DNA from: Escherichia coli | GTDB lineage: Bacteria > Pseudomonadota > Gammaproteobacteria > Enterobacterales > Enterobacteriaceae | Length of the DNA: 64,000 nt | Assembly (NCBI RefSeq): GCF_002854065.1 | Contig: NZ_CP024147.1 | Reading direction: 5' to 3' (one strand) | Part shown: in pieces, positions 1-15,218 of the stretch | Layout: every line of letters starts with the position of its first letter | Position numbering within the stretch: the first letter of the stretch is position 1 | Program-made: the position numbers and the translations under genes | The notes under the pieces: generated by a model | Databases searched by the model: none | What the model was told of the DNA's origin: nothing | The model's input: the letters and a program-made list of their open reading frames with translations, nothing else

Positions 1-780
1 AAAACGGGTCGGATCGCGCAACATAACGCCGGCTAACAACAGTTTTTCGGCCTGTTCGGACTGGTAAACGCGCTCCAGACGAGAGAGTTGCAGGCGGTTA
101 TTCACGCCTTCAACTTCGCTTAAACGTTGTGGATGAACAGCAACTATTTCACGTCCTTCCTGATACGCCAGCGCAATAATGTCGGTGATGTAGTATTCGC
201 CCTGAGCATTATTGTTGGTCAGCTTCGCCAGCCAGCGTTTCATATCTGCGCCGTTAGCGATCAGAATGCCGGTGTTGATTTCCTGAATCTGACGCTGCTC
301 ATCGGTGGCATCTTTATGCTCAACAATGCCAGTAACTTTGCCGTTTTCACGGGTGATACGTCCATAACCGGTCGGATCATCCAGTTTCACCGTCAGCAGA
401 CCAATGCCACCCTGCGGTTTAGCATCACGCAGACGCTGGAGTGTTTCGACAGAGATCAGCGGCACGTCGCCGTAGAGCATTAAAATGTCTTCATCATCGG
501 CAAAGAAAGGTGCGGCCTGCTGCATGGCATGACCCGTACCCAGCTGCTCTGCCTGAAGCACCCAGTTCAGGTTGTCGTCTTTCAGCGCCTGTTTTAGCAG
601 ATCGCCGCCGTGACCATACACCAGGTGAACGTGCGCTGCGCCTAATTCATTCGCAGCATCAATGACATGCTGAACCATCGCTTTCCCGGCAAGGGTATGC
701 AGCACTTTCGGAAGATCGGAATACATGCGCGTGCCTTTACCTGCGGCAAGGATCACTACGCTCATAACATTATTCAACAT
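1..780 (-). CDS. glmU: Bifunctional GlmU (N-acetylglucosamine-1-phosphate uridyltransferase / glucosamine-1-phosphate acetyltransferase); N-terminal part only, 3' end lies left of the window
   Basis: Reverse complement of 761-780 reads ATGTTGAATAATGTTATGAG (MLNNAMS), the GlmU N-terminus as recalled; frame stays open to position 1; sits upstream of the atp operon as in E. coli. Confidence 0.85.
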   Translation of the reverse strand, partial: MLNNVMSVVILAAGKGTRMYSDLPKVLHTLAGKAMVQHVIDAANELGAAHVHLVYGHGGDLLKQALKDDNLNWVLQAEQLGTGHAMQQAAPFFADDEDILMLYGDVPLISVETLQRLRDAKPQGGIGLLTVKLDDPTGYGRITRENGKVTGIVEHKDATDEQRQIQEINTGILIANGADMKRWLAKLTNNNAQGEYYITDIIALAYQEGREIVAVHPQRLSEVEGVNNRLQLSRLERVYQSEQAEKLLLAGVMLRDPTRF

Positions 781-1114
781 ACGCGTCCTGACTGTAATTT
801 GAGAACGAATTTAAACCGCTTCACCTTGAAAAAACTACATTTTTTTCATCGTGAAATGGACAGAGGATAAATTGTTCAATAACGGATTATCCCCGCTGAC
901 GAAAGCGCCATTTTCGACCATCGTCACGCCTTTTGTCTGCAGAAAATTAAGGCAGTACCTTCATTTAAGCGTCAGGTGGATGTTTTTGCTCTTATTTCGA
1001 TCAATGAATAAACAGGAAAACCAGCTAAGAATTTTGCGGATTTATAAAAATGAGTTTAATTGCGGGATATAAAAATGCGCAGGATATAGCAGAACCAATC
1101 TCGCTGCGGCGCGC

Positions 1115-1145
1115 GAAAAAAAAGCCAGCCTGTTTCCAGACTGGC
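1115..1145 (-). terminator. Intrinsic terminator downstream of atpC (end of atp operon)
   Basis: On the minus strand: GC-rich hairpin (gccagtctgg aaac aggctggc) followed by a T8 run, just 3' of the atpC stop. Confidence 0.7.
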
Positions 1146-1167
1146 TTTTGTGCTTTTCAAGCCGGTG

Positions 1168-1587
1168 TTACATCGCTTTTTTGGTCAACTCGATAACGCG
1201 CAGCTGCGCGATCGCTTTGGCCAGTTCCGCAGACGCCTGAGCGTAATCTACGTCGCCGTGAGAGCTGCTAATGTGCTCTTCAGCCTTACGTTTCGCTTCC
1301 ATGGCTCGCGCTTCGTCGAGATCCTGGCCGCGAATTGCGGTGTCGGCCAGAACGGTCACGTTGCCAGGCTGCACTTCAAGAATGCCGCCAGACAGATAGA
1401 TAAACTCTTCGTGACCGTGCTGTTTCACGATGCGAATCATACCAGGCTTAATGGCGGTGAGCAGCGGTGCGTGGCCAGGGTAGATCCCCAGTTCACCTTC
1501 GCTACCCGTTACCTGGATTTTCTCGACCAGACCAGAGAACATTTGTTGCTCTGCGCTGACGACGTCCAGGTGGTAAGTCATTGCCAT
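1168..1587 (-). CDS. atpC: ATP synthase F1 epsilon subunit
   Basis: 139-aa ORF ([17 protein letters not shown]...); last gene of the atp operon. Confidence 0.95.
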
Positions 1588-1607
1588 ATCACCCTCCGAT
1601 TAAGGCG

Positions 1608-3880
<2,273 letters not shown>

Positions 3881-3930
3881 GAGCTTCTCCTCAATGCCTT
3901 GCGGCCTGCCCTAAGGCAAGCCGCAAGACG

Positions 3931-5472
3931 TTACCAGGATTGGGTTGCTTTGAAGGAATCGAGGATGCCTTTCAGCTTGCCTTCGATTTCGTCGTTGTAG
4001 CCACCGGTCTGGTTGATCTCTTGCATCAACGGAGCGTGATCACGGTCGACGTAAGCCAGCAGAGCGGCTTCGAAGCTGCCGATTTTCGACAGTTCAACAT
4101 CCGCCAGGTAACCACGTTCTGCTGCGAACAGAACCAGAGACTGCTGCGCAACGGACATCGGCGCATACTGTTTCTGTTTCAGCAGTTCGGTCACTTTTTG
4201 ACCGTGGTCAAGCTGCTTACGAGTTGCATCGTCAAGGTCGGATGCAAACTGAGAGAACGCTGCCAGTTCACGATACTGTGCCAGAGCGGTACGGATACCA
4301 CCGGACAGTTTTTTCATGATCTTGGTCTGTGCTGCACCACCAACACGGGATACGGAAATACCCGGGTTAACCGCAGGACGAATACCGGCGTTGAACAGGT
4401 TGGTTTCCAGGAAGATCTGACCATCGGTAATGGAGATTACGTTGGTCGGAACGAACGCAGAAACGTCACCCGCTTGAGTTTCGATAATCGGCAGCGCGGT
4501 CAGTGAACCGGTTTTCCCTTTCACTTCACCTTTGGTGAAAGCTTCAACGTATTCGGCGTTAACACGCGCAGCACGCTCCAGCAGACGAGAGTGGAGGTAG
4601 AATACGTCGCCCGGGAATGCTTCACGTCCTGGCGGACGACGGAGCAGCAGGGAGATCTGACGGTAAGCAACAGCCTGTTTAGACAGGTCATCGTAAATGA
4701 TCAGCGCATCTTCACCGCGGTCACGGAAGTATTCGCCCATTGCGCAACCGGCATACGGTGCCAGGTATTGCAGTGCAGCGGATTCAGACGCGGTTGCTAC
4801 CACAACGATGGTGTTAGCCAGTGCGCCGTGCTCTTCCAGTTTACGTACCACGTTAGAAATGGTGGACGCTTTCTGGCCGATAGCGACATAGATACATTTG
4901 ATACCGGAATCGCGCTGGTTGATGATGGCATCGATAGCCAGTGCGGTTTTACCTGTCTGACGGTCACCGATGATCAATTCACGCTGACCACGACCGATTG
5001 GGATCATGGAGTCAACGGCTTTATAACCGGTCTGTACCGGCTGATCTACGGACTGACGTTCGATAACGCCCGGAGCGATTGCTTCTACAGCAGAGAAGCC
5101 GTCGTGATCCAGCGGACCTTTACCGTCGATTGGTGCACCCAGAGTGTTAACCACACGGCCCAGCAGGCCACGGCCAACCGGAACTTCCAGGATACGGCCA
5201 GTACACTTAACTTTCATGCCTTCGGCAAGGTCAGCGTACGGACCCATAACAACCGCACCTACAGAGTCGCGCTCGAGGTTCAGTGCGATAGCGTAACGGT
5301 TACCCGGCAGGGAGATCATTTCACCCTGCATACAATCGGCCAGGCCGTGAATGCGGATAACACCGTCACTTACAGAAACAATAGTACCTTCGTTGTGAGC
5401 TTCACTCACAACATTGAACTGAGCAATGCGCTGCTTGATCAGTTCGCTGATTTCGGTGGAATTCAGTTGCAT
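3931..5472 (-). CDS. atpA: ATP synthase F1 alpha subunit
   Basis: 513-aa ORF with P-loop GDRQTGKT. Confidence 0.97.
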
Positions 5473-5484
5473 GCTCCAGTCCCC

Positions 5485-6018
5485 TTAAGACTGCAAGACG
5501 TCTGCAAGGCGCTCAAGACGACCGCGTACGCTGCCATCAATGACCATATCACCCGCTCGGATGATAACGCCTGCCATTACAGACTTATCGATTTTGCAAT
5601 TCAGCTTAACTTTGCGTGACAGACGTTTTTCCATCGCAGCAGAAATTTTCGCGAGCTGTTGTTCACTCAGTGCGGCAGCGGAAATGACGTCTACCTCAGC
5701 GGTAGCCTCACTCACGGCACGCAGGTGAATAAACTGCTCCAGAACATCCGGGAGCGCGTTAAGACGACCATTCTCAGCCATAACCCGAATCAGGTTCTGA
5801 CCGTTTTCGTCCAGTTGCTCACCACAAACTGCGATAAACGACTCGGCGAGCGTTTCTGGCGCAAGCGCGCCAGAGAGAAGCTCTGCCATTTGTTCGTTTT
5901 TGGTTACCTCGGCGGCAAACGCCAGCATGTCCTGCCAGCGTTCTACACTTTGGTGTTCGACGGCAAAGTCAAAAGCTGCTTTGGCGTAGGGGCGAGCTAC
6001 CGTAATAAATTCAGACAT
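5485..6018 (-). CDS. atpH: ATP synthase F1 delta subunit
   Basis: 177-aa ORF ([19 protein letters not shown]...). Confidence 0.95.
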
Positions 6019-6032
6019 CAGCCCCTCCCTCC

Positions 6033-6503
6033 TTACAGTTCAGCGACAAGTTTATCCACGATGTCGCTGTTAGCAGCTTCATCCACGGAACGTTCGATGA
6101 TCTTCTCGGCGCCAGCAACAGCCAGGATAGCAACTTGCTTACGCAGCTCTTCACGGGCACGTTTACGCTCGGCTTCAATTTCTGCCTGCGCCTGGGCCAC
6201 GATTTTAGTACGTTCCTGTTCTGCCTCAGCTTTCGCTTCATCCAGAATCTGCGAGCGGCGTTTGTTCGCCTGCTCGATGATTACCTGGGCTTCCGCTTTC
6301 GCTTTTTTCAGCTGGTCGGTCGCGCTGGCCTTTGCAAGGTCAAGGTCCTTATGTGCTCGTTCTGCGGAAGCAAGGCCGTCAGCAATTTCTTTTTGACGTT
6401 TTTCGATGGCTGCCATTAATGGCGGCCATACGTACTTCATGCAGAACAGAACGAACAGGACAAACGCGATGGCCTGGCCGAGGATTGTTGCGTTAAGATT
6501 CAC
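6033..6503 (-). CDS. atpF: ATP synthase Fo subunit b
   Basis: 156-aa ORF with N-terminal membrane anchor and long charged coiled-coil region. Confidence 0.95.
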
Positions 6504-6547
6504 AGCACAATGCCTCTATTTAGTTAACGTTCTGATATTGCTCTTTA

Positions 6548-6822
<275 letters not shown>

Positions 6823-6850
6823 TCAGTTAAAACGTAGTAGTGTTGGTAAA

Positions 6851-8055
<1,205 letters not shown>

Positions 8056-8146
8056 CACGTTTTTCACTCCTGCTCCCTTCGAGGTATGCCGCGTGTCGTA
8101 TAAAACTTTCTTTAAGGCTTAGAGTCAAGCATCAAAAAGCGGTCAA

Positions 8147-8174
8147 ATTATACGGTGCGCCCCCGTGATTTCAA
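8147..8174 (-). promoter_or_regulatory. atp operon promoter (sigma70-like: -35 TTGAAA, 16-bp spacer, -10 TATAAT)
   Basis: Minus strand reads TTGAAATCACGGGGGCGCACCGTATAAT about 100 bp upstream of atpI. Confidence 0.7.
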
Positions 8175-8539
8175 ACAATAAGTAGCCAAAAGGTGAATAA
8201 ATGTTTAAATATTTTTCCAGTGCATACAATTGCGACTTTTCTGCTAACCCTGTTCGATCATGAAAAACTGTAAATAACGCGTAAACACTGGTGATAAAGC
8301 GTGCTTCAGATCACATATTGCGCATGTTCGCGCACAGCATATTTATTTACTTGGCAAATGATGCCTTTGCAAGTTTATGATATTTCAGTCTAAAAACAGA
8401 TACTGTTTTAATAAATGACATTTACACAACAAAAACCACCAATTGACATTTTTAATAATGTTTTAACAGCCAATGATGGTTCTTAGCGCCGATTTTTAGC
8501 AGACTGATATTTTCACTAATGACTTATTTTCTGCTTACC

Positions 8540-8585
8540 AAAAAAAGCCACGTTATCTTGTTGATGCAAAAGAGTGAACGTGGCG
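8540..8585 (-). terminator. Probable intrinsic terminator downstream of rsmG (end of mnmG-rsmG unit)
   Basis: On the minus strand: 8-bp stem GCCACGTT/AACGTGGC with a 23-nt loop, followed by a T7 run. Confidence 0.5.
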
Positions 8586-8671
8586 TTAAATGTAACCAGT
8601 TATATCAGTAGAAAACCTGGTTGTTGTTAACAGTCTAACCGGTCAATTTTTTATGATTTTTTTGATAAAAA

Positions 8672-9295
8672 TTAAATTTTATTTGCTTTAATCACCACCA
8701 GATGACGTTCGCCATCCAGGGCTGGAACCTGAAGTTTAACCACTGATTCGACCTGATATTCTTCGGGCAACAAAGCGATTTCATCTTCCGGCATTTGCCC
8801 TTTCAGCGCGTAGAAACGGCCTTGCTCACCAAGAAGATGGTGGCACCAGCTCACCATATCGTTCAGAGAGGCAAAAGCGCGGCTAATTACGCCATCAAAT
8901 GGCGGCTCTGAAGGAAACTCTTCTACCCTGCTCTGTACTGGCTCAATATTCTCCAGTTTAAGCTCATGTTGCACCTGACGAAGGAAACGCACGCGTTTAC
9001 CAAGGCTATCCAACAGAGTGAAATGGGCTTCAGGACGCACGATAGAGAGTGGAATGCCAGGCAGTCCAGGACCGGTGCCGACATCGATAAACCGTTCACC
9101 TTGCAGATACGGTGCCACCACAATGCTATCGAGAATATGGCGTACCAGCATCTCATTAGGATCGCGGACCGAAGTCAGGTTGTACGCTTTGTTCCATTTA
9201 TGCAGCATATTCACGTAGGCAATAAGCTGGTTTTTCTGGTGATCGGTAAGCGAAATACCTGCGTCTTTCAGCAGTAAGGAGAGTTTGTTGAGCAC
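8672..9295 (-). CDS. rsmG: 16S rRNA m7G527 methyltransferase RsmG (GidB)
   Basis: 207-aa ORF with SAM-binding motif [10 protein letters not shown]; directly downstream of mnmG. Confidence 0.95.
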   Translation of the reverse strand: MLNKLSLLLKDAGISLTDHQKNQLIAYVNMLHKWNKAYNLTSVRDPNEMLVRHILDSIVVAPYLQGERFIDVGTGPGLPGIPLSIVRPEAHFTLLDSLGKRVRFLRQVQHELKLENIEPVQSRVEEFPSEPPFDGVISRAFASLNDMVSWCHHLLGEQGRFYALKGQMPEDEIALLPEEYQVESVVKLQVPALDGERHLVVIKANKI

Positions 9296-9358
9296 GGTGA
9301 TTACCTGTTCTTGATGCGTTGCCTGGTAAGCGGGTGCTTACCAGGCATTTTTAATGCG

Positions 9359-11248
9359 TTATGCGCTACGACGCAGCATACCCTGTTTTTTCAGCCACAC
9401 CAGCAGAATGGAGATGGCCGCAGGCGTGACGCCAGAAATACGTGAAGCCTGGCCGATAGAGGCCGGTTTGTGATCGTTAAGTTTGGCGATCACTTCGTTA
9501 GAAAGACCGGATACCTGGCGGTAATCCAGTGTCGCGGGTAGCAAGGTGTTCTCGTTACGCAGCTGCTTTTCGATCTCATCTTGCTGGCGCGCGATATAAC
9601 CTTCGTATTTAACCTGAATCTCAACCTGTTCCGCCGCCTGTTCGTCTGTCAACGCAGGGGCAAACGGCGTCAGCGTGGTTAATTTTTCATAAGTCATTTC
9701 CGGACGACGCAGCAGATCTTCACCACTGACTTCACGGGAAAGCGGCGCAGTCAGGTGAGCATTCACTTCGGCTGCAGCTTCCGCCGACGGGGTTACCCAG
9801 GTCGATTTCAGACGCTGACGCTCACGCTCGATATTCTCAAGTTTCTCGTTAAAGCGCGCCCAACGTTCGTCATCCACCAGGCCCAGTTCACGACCGATTT
9901 CAGTCAAACGCAGATCCGCATTATCTTCGCGCAGCATCAGACGATATTCTGCGCGCGAGGTAAACATACGATACGGTTCTTTGGTTCCTAAAGTGCACAG
10001 GTCATCAACCAGTACGCCGAGATAGGCCTGAGAACGCGCCGGAGCCCAACCTTCTTTGTCAGCAGACAGACGGGCAGCGTTAAGACCGGCCAGCAAACCT
10101 TGCGCAGCGGCTTCTTCGTAACCGGTAGTGCCGTTAATCTGACCAGCAAAGAACAGCCCCTGGATAAACTTGCTCTCCAGCGTCGGTTTCAGGTCGCGAG
10201 GATCGAAGAAGTCATACTCAATGGCATAACCCGGACGCACGATCTTCGCGTTTTCCATCCCCTGCATAGAGCGGACGATTTGCATCTGCACATCGAACGG
10301 CAGGCTGGTGGAGATACCGTTCGGATAAATTTCGTTAGAGGTCAGCCCTTCCGGTTCAAGGAAGATCTGATGCTGATTTCTGTCGGCGAAGCGCATGACT
10401 TTGTCTTCGATCGACGGGCAGTAGCGTGGGCCGACACCTTCGATCACCCCTGCGTACATTGGGCTACGATCGAGGTTACTGCGGATCACATCATGGGTTT
10501 TCTCGTTGGTATGGGTGATATAACACGGCACCTGCTGTGGATGCTGGGACGCATTGCCCATAAAAGAGAATACCGGCATTGGGTTATCACCATGCTGTTG
10601 CGCAAGCACGCTAAAGTCGATGGTTCGAGCATCAATACGCGGTGGTGTCCCGGTTTTCAGACGACCAACGCGTAGCGGAAGTTCACGCAAACGGCGAGAA
10701 AGCGGAATGGACGGCGGATCACCAGCACGGCCACCGCTGTAGTTATCCAGACCGATATGAATTTTACCGTCGAGGAACGTCCCAACGGTGAGCACGACGG
10801 CTTTGGCACGGAACTTCAGTCCCATTTGGGTAACAGCACCGACCACACGATCGTTTTCGACAATAAGATCTTCAACCGCCTGCTGGAAGATCATCAGATT
10901 CGGTTGGTTCTCCAGCGCCGTACGTACCGCCTGACGGTAGAGCACACGATCCGCCTGAGCTCGGGTAGCACGAACTGCCGGTCCCTTGCTTGCGTTTAGT
11001 ATCCTAAACTGGATACCCGCCTGATCGATCGCTTTCGCCATCAGACCGCCAAGTGCATCCACTTCTTTTACCAGATGTCCCTTCCCAATACCGCCGATCG
11101 CCGGGTTGCAGCTCATCTGCCCCAGAGTGTCGATATTGTGTGTCAAAAGCAGAGTCTGTTGACCCATACGCGCCGCGGCCATCGCGGCCTCGGTGCCTGC
11201 ATGACCCCCGCCAATGATGATGACGTCAAAAGGATCCGGATAAAACAT
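9359..11248 (-). CDS. mnmG: tRNA uridine 5-carboxymethylaminomethyl modification enzyme MnmG (GidA)
   Basis: 629-aa ORF with N-terminal FAD-binding motif [12 protein letters not shown]; adjacent to oriC. Confidence 0.97.
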   Translation of the reverse strand: MFYPDPFDVIIIGGGHAGTEAAMAAARMGQQTLLLTHNIDTLGQMSCNPAIGGIGKGHLVKEVDALGGLMAKAIDQAGIQFRILNASKGPAVRATRAQADRVLYRQAVRTALENQPNLMIFQQAVEDLIVENDRVVGAVTQMGLKFRAKAVVLTVGTFLDGKIHIGLDNYSGGRAGDPPSIPLSRRLRELPLRVGRLKTGTPPRIDARTIDFSVLAQQHGDNPMPVFSFMGNASQHPQQVPCYITHTNEKTHDVIRSNLDRSPMYAGVIEGVGPRYCPSIEDKVMRFADRNQHQIFLEPEGLTSNEIYPNGISTSLPFDVQMQIVRSMQGMENAKIVRPGYAIEYDFFDPRDLKPTLESKFIQGLFFAGQINGTTGYEEAAAQGLLAGLNAARLSADKEGWAPARSQAYLGVLVDDLCTLGTKEPYRMFTSRAEYRLMLREDNADLRLTEIGRELGLVDDERWARFNEKLENIERERQRLKSTWVTPSAEAAAEVNAHLTAPLSREVSGEDLLRRPEMTYEKLTTLTPFAPALTDEQAAEQVEIQVKYEGYIARQQDEIEKQLRNENTLLPATLDYRQVSGLSNEVIAKLNDHKPASIGQASRISGVTPAAISILLVWLKKQGMLRRSA

Positions 11249-11337
11249 GGTGATTGCCTCGCATAACGCGGTATGAAAATGGATTGAAGCCCGGGCCGTG
11301 GATTCTACTCAACTTTGTCGGCTTGAGAAAGACCTGG

Positions 11338-11606
11338 GATCCTGGGTATTAAAAAGAAGATCTATTTATTTAGAGATCTGTTCTATTGTGATCTCTTATT
11401 AGGATCGCACTGCCCTGTGGATAACAAGGATCCGGCTTTTAAGATCAACAACCTGGAAAGGATCATTAACTGTGAATGATCGGTGATCCTGGACCGTATA
11501 AGCTGGGATCAGAATGAGGGGTTATACACAACTCAAAAACTGAACAACGGTTGTTCTTTGGATAACTACCGGTTGATCCAAGCTTCCTGACAGAGTTATC
11601 CACAGT
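11338..11606. other. oriC: Chromosomal replication origin oriC
   Basis: Three tandem 13-mers GATCTATTTATTT / GATCTGTTCTATT / GATCTCTTATTAG; DnaA boxes TGTGGATAA (11416-11424), TGTGAATGA (11471-11479), TTATACACA (11522-11530), TTTGGATAA (11557-11565), TTATCCACA (11596-11604); about a dozen GATC sites; flanked by mnmG and mioC. Confidence 0.97.
11359..11402. repeat. oriC DNA unwinding element: L, M, R AT-rich 13-mers
   Basis: Three direct 13-bp repeats each starting with GATCT at 11359, 11375 and 11390. Confidence 0.95.
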
Positions 11607-11626
11607 AGATCGCACGATCTGTATAC

Positions 11627-12070
11627 TTATTTGAGTAAATTAATCCACGATCCCAGCCATTCTTCTGCCGGATCTTCCGGAATGTCGTGATCAAGAATGT
11701 TGATCTTCAGTGTTTCGCCCGTCTGTTTTGCACCGGAATTTTTGAGTTCAGCCTCGAGTTTATCGATAGCCCCACAAAAGGTGTCATATTCACGACTACC
11801 AATACCGATTGCGCCAAAGCGGACCGCAGAAAGATCGGGCTTCTGTTCCTGCAATGCTTCATAGAAAGGAGAAAGGTTGTCCGGAATATCTCCGGCACCG
11901 TGGGTGGAGCTGATAACCAGCCAGATCCCCGAGGCAGATAAATCTTCCAACAGCGGACCGTGCAGCGTTTCGGTGGTAAAACCCGCCTCTTCCAGCTTTT
12001 CAGCCAGGTGTTCTGCTACATATTCGGCACCGCCGAGGGTGCTGCCGCTGATAAGAGTGATATCTGCCAT
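11627..12070 (-). CDS. mioC: Flavodoxin-like protein MioC
   Basis: 147-aa ORF (MADITLISGSTLGGAEYVAEHLAEKLEEAGF...), flavodoxin fold; transcribed toward oriC. Confidence 0.95.
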   Translation of the reverse strand: MADITLISGSTLGGAEYVAEHLAEKLEEAGFTTETLHGPLLEDLSASGIWLVISSTHGAGDIPDNLSPFYEALQEQKPDLSAVRFGAIGIGSREYDTFCGAIDKLEAELKNSGAKQTGETLKINILDHDIPEDPAEEWLGSWINLLK

Positions 12071-12159
12071 AAACCGCCACCTTTATTAAGAGTGGCGTAT
12101 TGTACGCTGTGAACGCGTTGGGATCTACCTGTGGAAAAGTATGGGATTAAAAAAGCCGA

Positions 12160-12618
12160 TCAGGGCTTGATGGTACGCATGATCGGGTTCTGCAGGACGA
12201 TCAGTGTCTCGGTGGACTGAATTTCATCAATTGTTTGGATCTTGTTGATAAGTACATGCTGGAGAGCATCGATCGAACGGCACATCACTTTTATAAAGAT
12301 GCTGTAGTGGCCGGTGGTGTAGTACGCCTCGGTCACTTCATCGAGACTTTCCAGCTTTGCCAGCGCGGAAGGATAGTCTTTGGCGCTCTTTAATATAATG
12401 CCGATAAAGCAGCCTACGTCATAACCGAGCTGCTTCGGGCTGACATCAATACGCGCCCCGGTAATGATTCCCGCCTGCTTCATTTTCTCTACTCGAACGT
12501 GAATCGTCCCCGGACTGACGCCAAATTGTTTCGCCAGTTCGGCGTAAGCGGTGCGCGCATTGCCCATTAATGCTTCCAGGATGCCACGGTCCAGATTGTC
12601 GATCAGATAATTTTCCAT
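12160..12618 (-). CDS. asnC: Lrp/AsnC-family transcriptional regulator AsnC
   Basis: 152-aa ORF with HTH region and AsnC-type ligand-binding domain; divergent from asnA. Confidence 0.95.
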   Translation of the reverse strand: MENYLIDNLDRGILEALMGNARTAYAELAKQFGVSPGTIHVRVEKMKQAGIITGARIDVSPKQLGYDVGCFIGIILKSAKDYPSALAKLESLDEVTEAYYTTGHYSIFIKVMCRSIDALQHVLINKIQTIDEIQSTETLIVLQNPIMRTIKP

Positions 12619-12769
12619 AGGATTTTCTTATGCGGATTGATGATTCATTCTATTTTAGCCTTCTTTTTTAATGAATCAAAAGTGAGTTAGGCTTTTTATT
12701 GAATGATTATTGCATGTGTATCGGTTTTTGTTGCTTAATCATAAGCAACAGGACGCAGGAGTATAAAAA

Positions 12770-13762
12770 ATGAAAACCGCTTACATTGCCAAACAACGCC
12801 AAATTAGCTTCGTGAAATCTCACTTTTCTCGCCAACTGGAAGAACGTCTGGGGCTGATCGAAGTCCAGGCGCCGATTCTTAGCCGTGTGGGGGATGGCAC
12901 GCAGGATAACTTGTCGGGCTGTGAAAAAGCGGTGCAGGTAAAAGTGAAAGCTCTGCCTGATGCCCAGTTCGAAGTGGTTCATTCACTGGCGAAGTGGAAA
13001 CGTCAGACCTTAGGGCAACACGACTTCAGCGCGGGCGAAGGGCTGTACACGCACATGAAAGCCCTTCGCCCCGATGAAGACCGTCTTTCTCCGTTGCACT
13101 CGGTCTATGTTGACCAGTGGGACTGGGAACGCGTAATGGGCGACGGTGAGCGTCAATTCTCGACTCTGAAAAGCACGGTAGAGGCGATCTGGGCGGGAAT
13201 TAAAGCAACCGAAGCTGCGGTTAGCGAAGAGTTTGGCCTGGCACCGTTCCTGCCGGATCAGATCCACTTCGTACACAGCCAGGAGTTACTGTCTCGTTAT
13301 CCGGATCTCGATGCCAAAGGGCGTGAGCGGGCGATTGCGAAAGATCTTGGCGCGGTATTCCTCGTCGGGATTGGCGGCAAGTTGAGTGATGGTCATCGTC
13401 ACGACGTGCGCGCACCGGATTATGATGACTGGAGCACCCCGTCAGAGCTGGGCCATGCGGGCCTGAACGGCGATATTCTGGTGTGGAACCCGGTACTGGA
13501 AGATGCGTTTGAGCTTTCTTCCATGGGGATCCGCGTGGATGCCGACACGTTGAAGCATCAGTTGGCGCTGACCGGTGATGAAGATCGTCTGCAGCTGGAA
13601 TGGCATCAGGCGTTGCTGCGCGGTGAAATGCCGCAGACCATCGGCGGCGGTATCGGCCAGTCTCGTTTGACCATGCTGCTGCTGCAACTGCCGCATATCG
13701 GCCAGGTTCAGTGTGGAGTATGGCCAGCTGCTGTTCGCGAGAGCGTCCCTTCTCTGCTGTAA
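12770..13762 (+). CDS. asnA: Aspartate-ammonia ligase (asparagine synthetase A)
   Basis: 330-aa ORF ([38 protein letters not shown]...). Confidence 0.97.
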
Positions 13763-13766
13763 TAAT

Positions 13767-15218
13767 TTATCGCCGCCAGCGTCTGAGCAGGCGGCTTCGC
13801 ATCCCGGTATCAAAGCGCCAGATATGATCGAAAATGCGCATGATGCCGGGTTTGCCGTGTGCCGACATCGCCACGGCATGAAAGCGATGCTGATGTACCC
13901 GCTGCAGCTCTTTCACTTTACTCGTCACGTCGTCAGGCAACCGCTGAGCGATAAAATCAGAAATCACCACCGCATCGGCATCAAACCATTCCCTGCTTTG
14001 CAAGCGTTCCATAATGGCGCGAAAACAACTGGCAAGATCGGTGCCGCCACGAAACTGCTGGCTTAAAAAACGGATTGCTTGTTCGATGCCTTGTGGGCCT
14101 GAAAGCTCATAACGGACGATCTCGGTGGAAAATAGCATAATATAGCAGCGCCGGTTTTCAGCGAGAGCAATGCGCATCAAAGCCAGGCAGAACGCTTTCG
14201 CACACTGTTCATTAAAGCCGCCCATTGAGCCGGAAGTATCCACGCAGACAATAAACGGTCCGCGCGGCTGTTCGTCGTAATCTTTATGCACCACCGGGCG
14301 TTCGATCACTTTTTCACGCCACGACTCACCGTGCAGGCGATAGGTGAGCAACTGTTTTTCCACCAGCCGACGGTAAAACTCATACTCCAGTTCCGTTATC
14401 CCTAGTGTCGCCAGTTCTGGCGGCAGAAGACGTAAAATATCATCGCTTTGTTGCAGACCATCAACCTGCTCAGGAACCGTCGCCGGTTCGCGCACCATGG
14501 TGCGGAAGGTTTCCATCTGCGCATCGTTGCGCGGTATTGATTTGGCTTCCCGGGAACGCCCCAGCTGTTCTGCCAGGTGTTTCAGTTCCGGCTGTTCGTT
14601 AAGAAATTCACCGTATTTCACAATCAACTGATAGTCGCCACGTTTAAGCTGACCGGCGCTCATATCCCACAGACGACCAGCTGCGGTATTATTATCTGCG
14701 AGAATCGGTTCAAGTTGTCCGCTCAGCGTCATGCGTTCCTGAACTTCACTCAACAGTTGTTCGCGTTCTTCTTCTAATAGCTGTTGATTTAACGTCGTTG
14801 CTTGCACGATCAGACTTAAACGCCAACGCTGGAGAAAAAGTGTGTGTAACGCTGAAGTGATCGAGCTGTTAGCATCAACCAACTGTCGGGCTTGTTCTGC
14901 CCATGGGGAATTCAGACGATGCAGTAAGTCCAGGATCTGTGGTAGCTGCATAATAAACTGCGGCGTGGAGAGGAGCTGGCTTTGCTGATAGCACATCACC
15001 TCTTCGGTGAGTTCCGGCGGGACTCGGGCATCTTTCAGCCGATTACGCAGCGCCTCACGCCAGCGGGGAACATCATCAGTGATTGCCGCCTTCAGTCGTG
15101 GGAATTTTTCAAAGAAGACCGCCAGCTGCGGTGAGGCCAGCAGCGCGATGATCATCTCTTCGATCAATCCCTCTTCGCTGACGGCCAGCATCACATTAAG
15201 CGTATCCAGCGTTAGCAT
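13767..15218 (-). CDS. viaA: VWA-domain protein ViaA, partner of RavA
   Basis: 483-aa ORF with C-terminal von Willebrand A motif (DTSGSM); overlaps ravA stop by 7 bp. Confidence 0.9.
   Translation of the reverse strand: MLTLDTLNVMLAVSEEGLIEEMIIALLASPQLAVFFEKFPRLKAAITDDVPRWREALRNRLKDARVPPELTEEVMCYQQSQLLSTPQFIMQLPQILDLLHRLNSPWAEQARQLVDANSSITSALHTLFLQRWRLSLIVQATTLNQQLLEEEREQLLSEVQERMTLSGQLEPILADNNTAAGRLWDMSAGQLKRGDYQLIVKYGEFLNEQPELKHLAEQLGRSREAKSIPRNDAQMETFRTMVREPATVPEQVDGLQQSDDILRLLPPELATLGITELEYEFYRRLVEKQLLTYRLHGESWREKVIERPVVHKDYDEQPRGPFIVCVDTSGSMGGFNEQCAKAFCLALMRIALAENRRCYIMLFSTEIVRYELSGPQGIEQAIRFLSQQFRGGTDLASCFRAIMERLQSREWFDADAVVISDFIAQRLPDDVTSKVKELQRVHQHRFHAVAMSAHGKPGIMRIFDHIWRFDTGMRSRLLRRWRR

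Noticed and set aside
127-870. Three plus-strand ORFs (118, 74 and 67 aa) at the left edge
   Set aside because: They lie antisense within the glmU coding region, whose N-terminus MLNNAMS reads from position 780 on the minus strand.
4591-5619. 342-aa ORF on the plus strand antisense to atpA, with similar long antisense ORFs opposite rep (46359-47393), ilvC (43513-44436), wecC (56483-57223), ilvA (41775-42446) and mnmG (10100-10675)
   Set aside because: Each lies wholly inside a confidently identified conserved gene on the opposite strand; their translations are low-complexity and rich in Arg/Gln/His, typical of stop-poor antisense frames in GC-rich coding DNA; none has its own plausible ribosome-binding site context.
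12071-12159. Possible DnaA box in the mioC promoter region (CCTGTGGAAAAG)
   Set aside because: Only a one-mismatch match to the 9-mer consensus; plausible from known biology, but too weak in the sequence alone to list as a feature.
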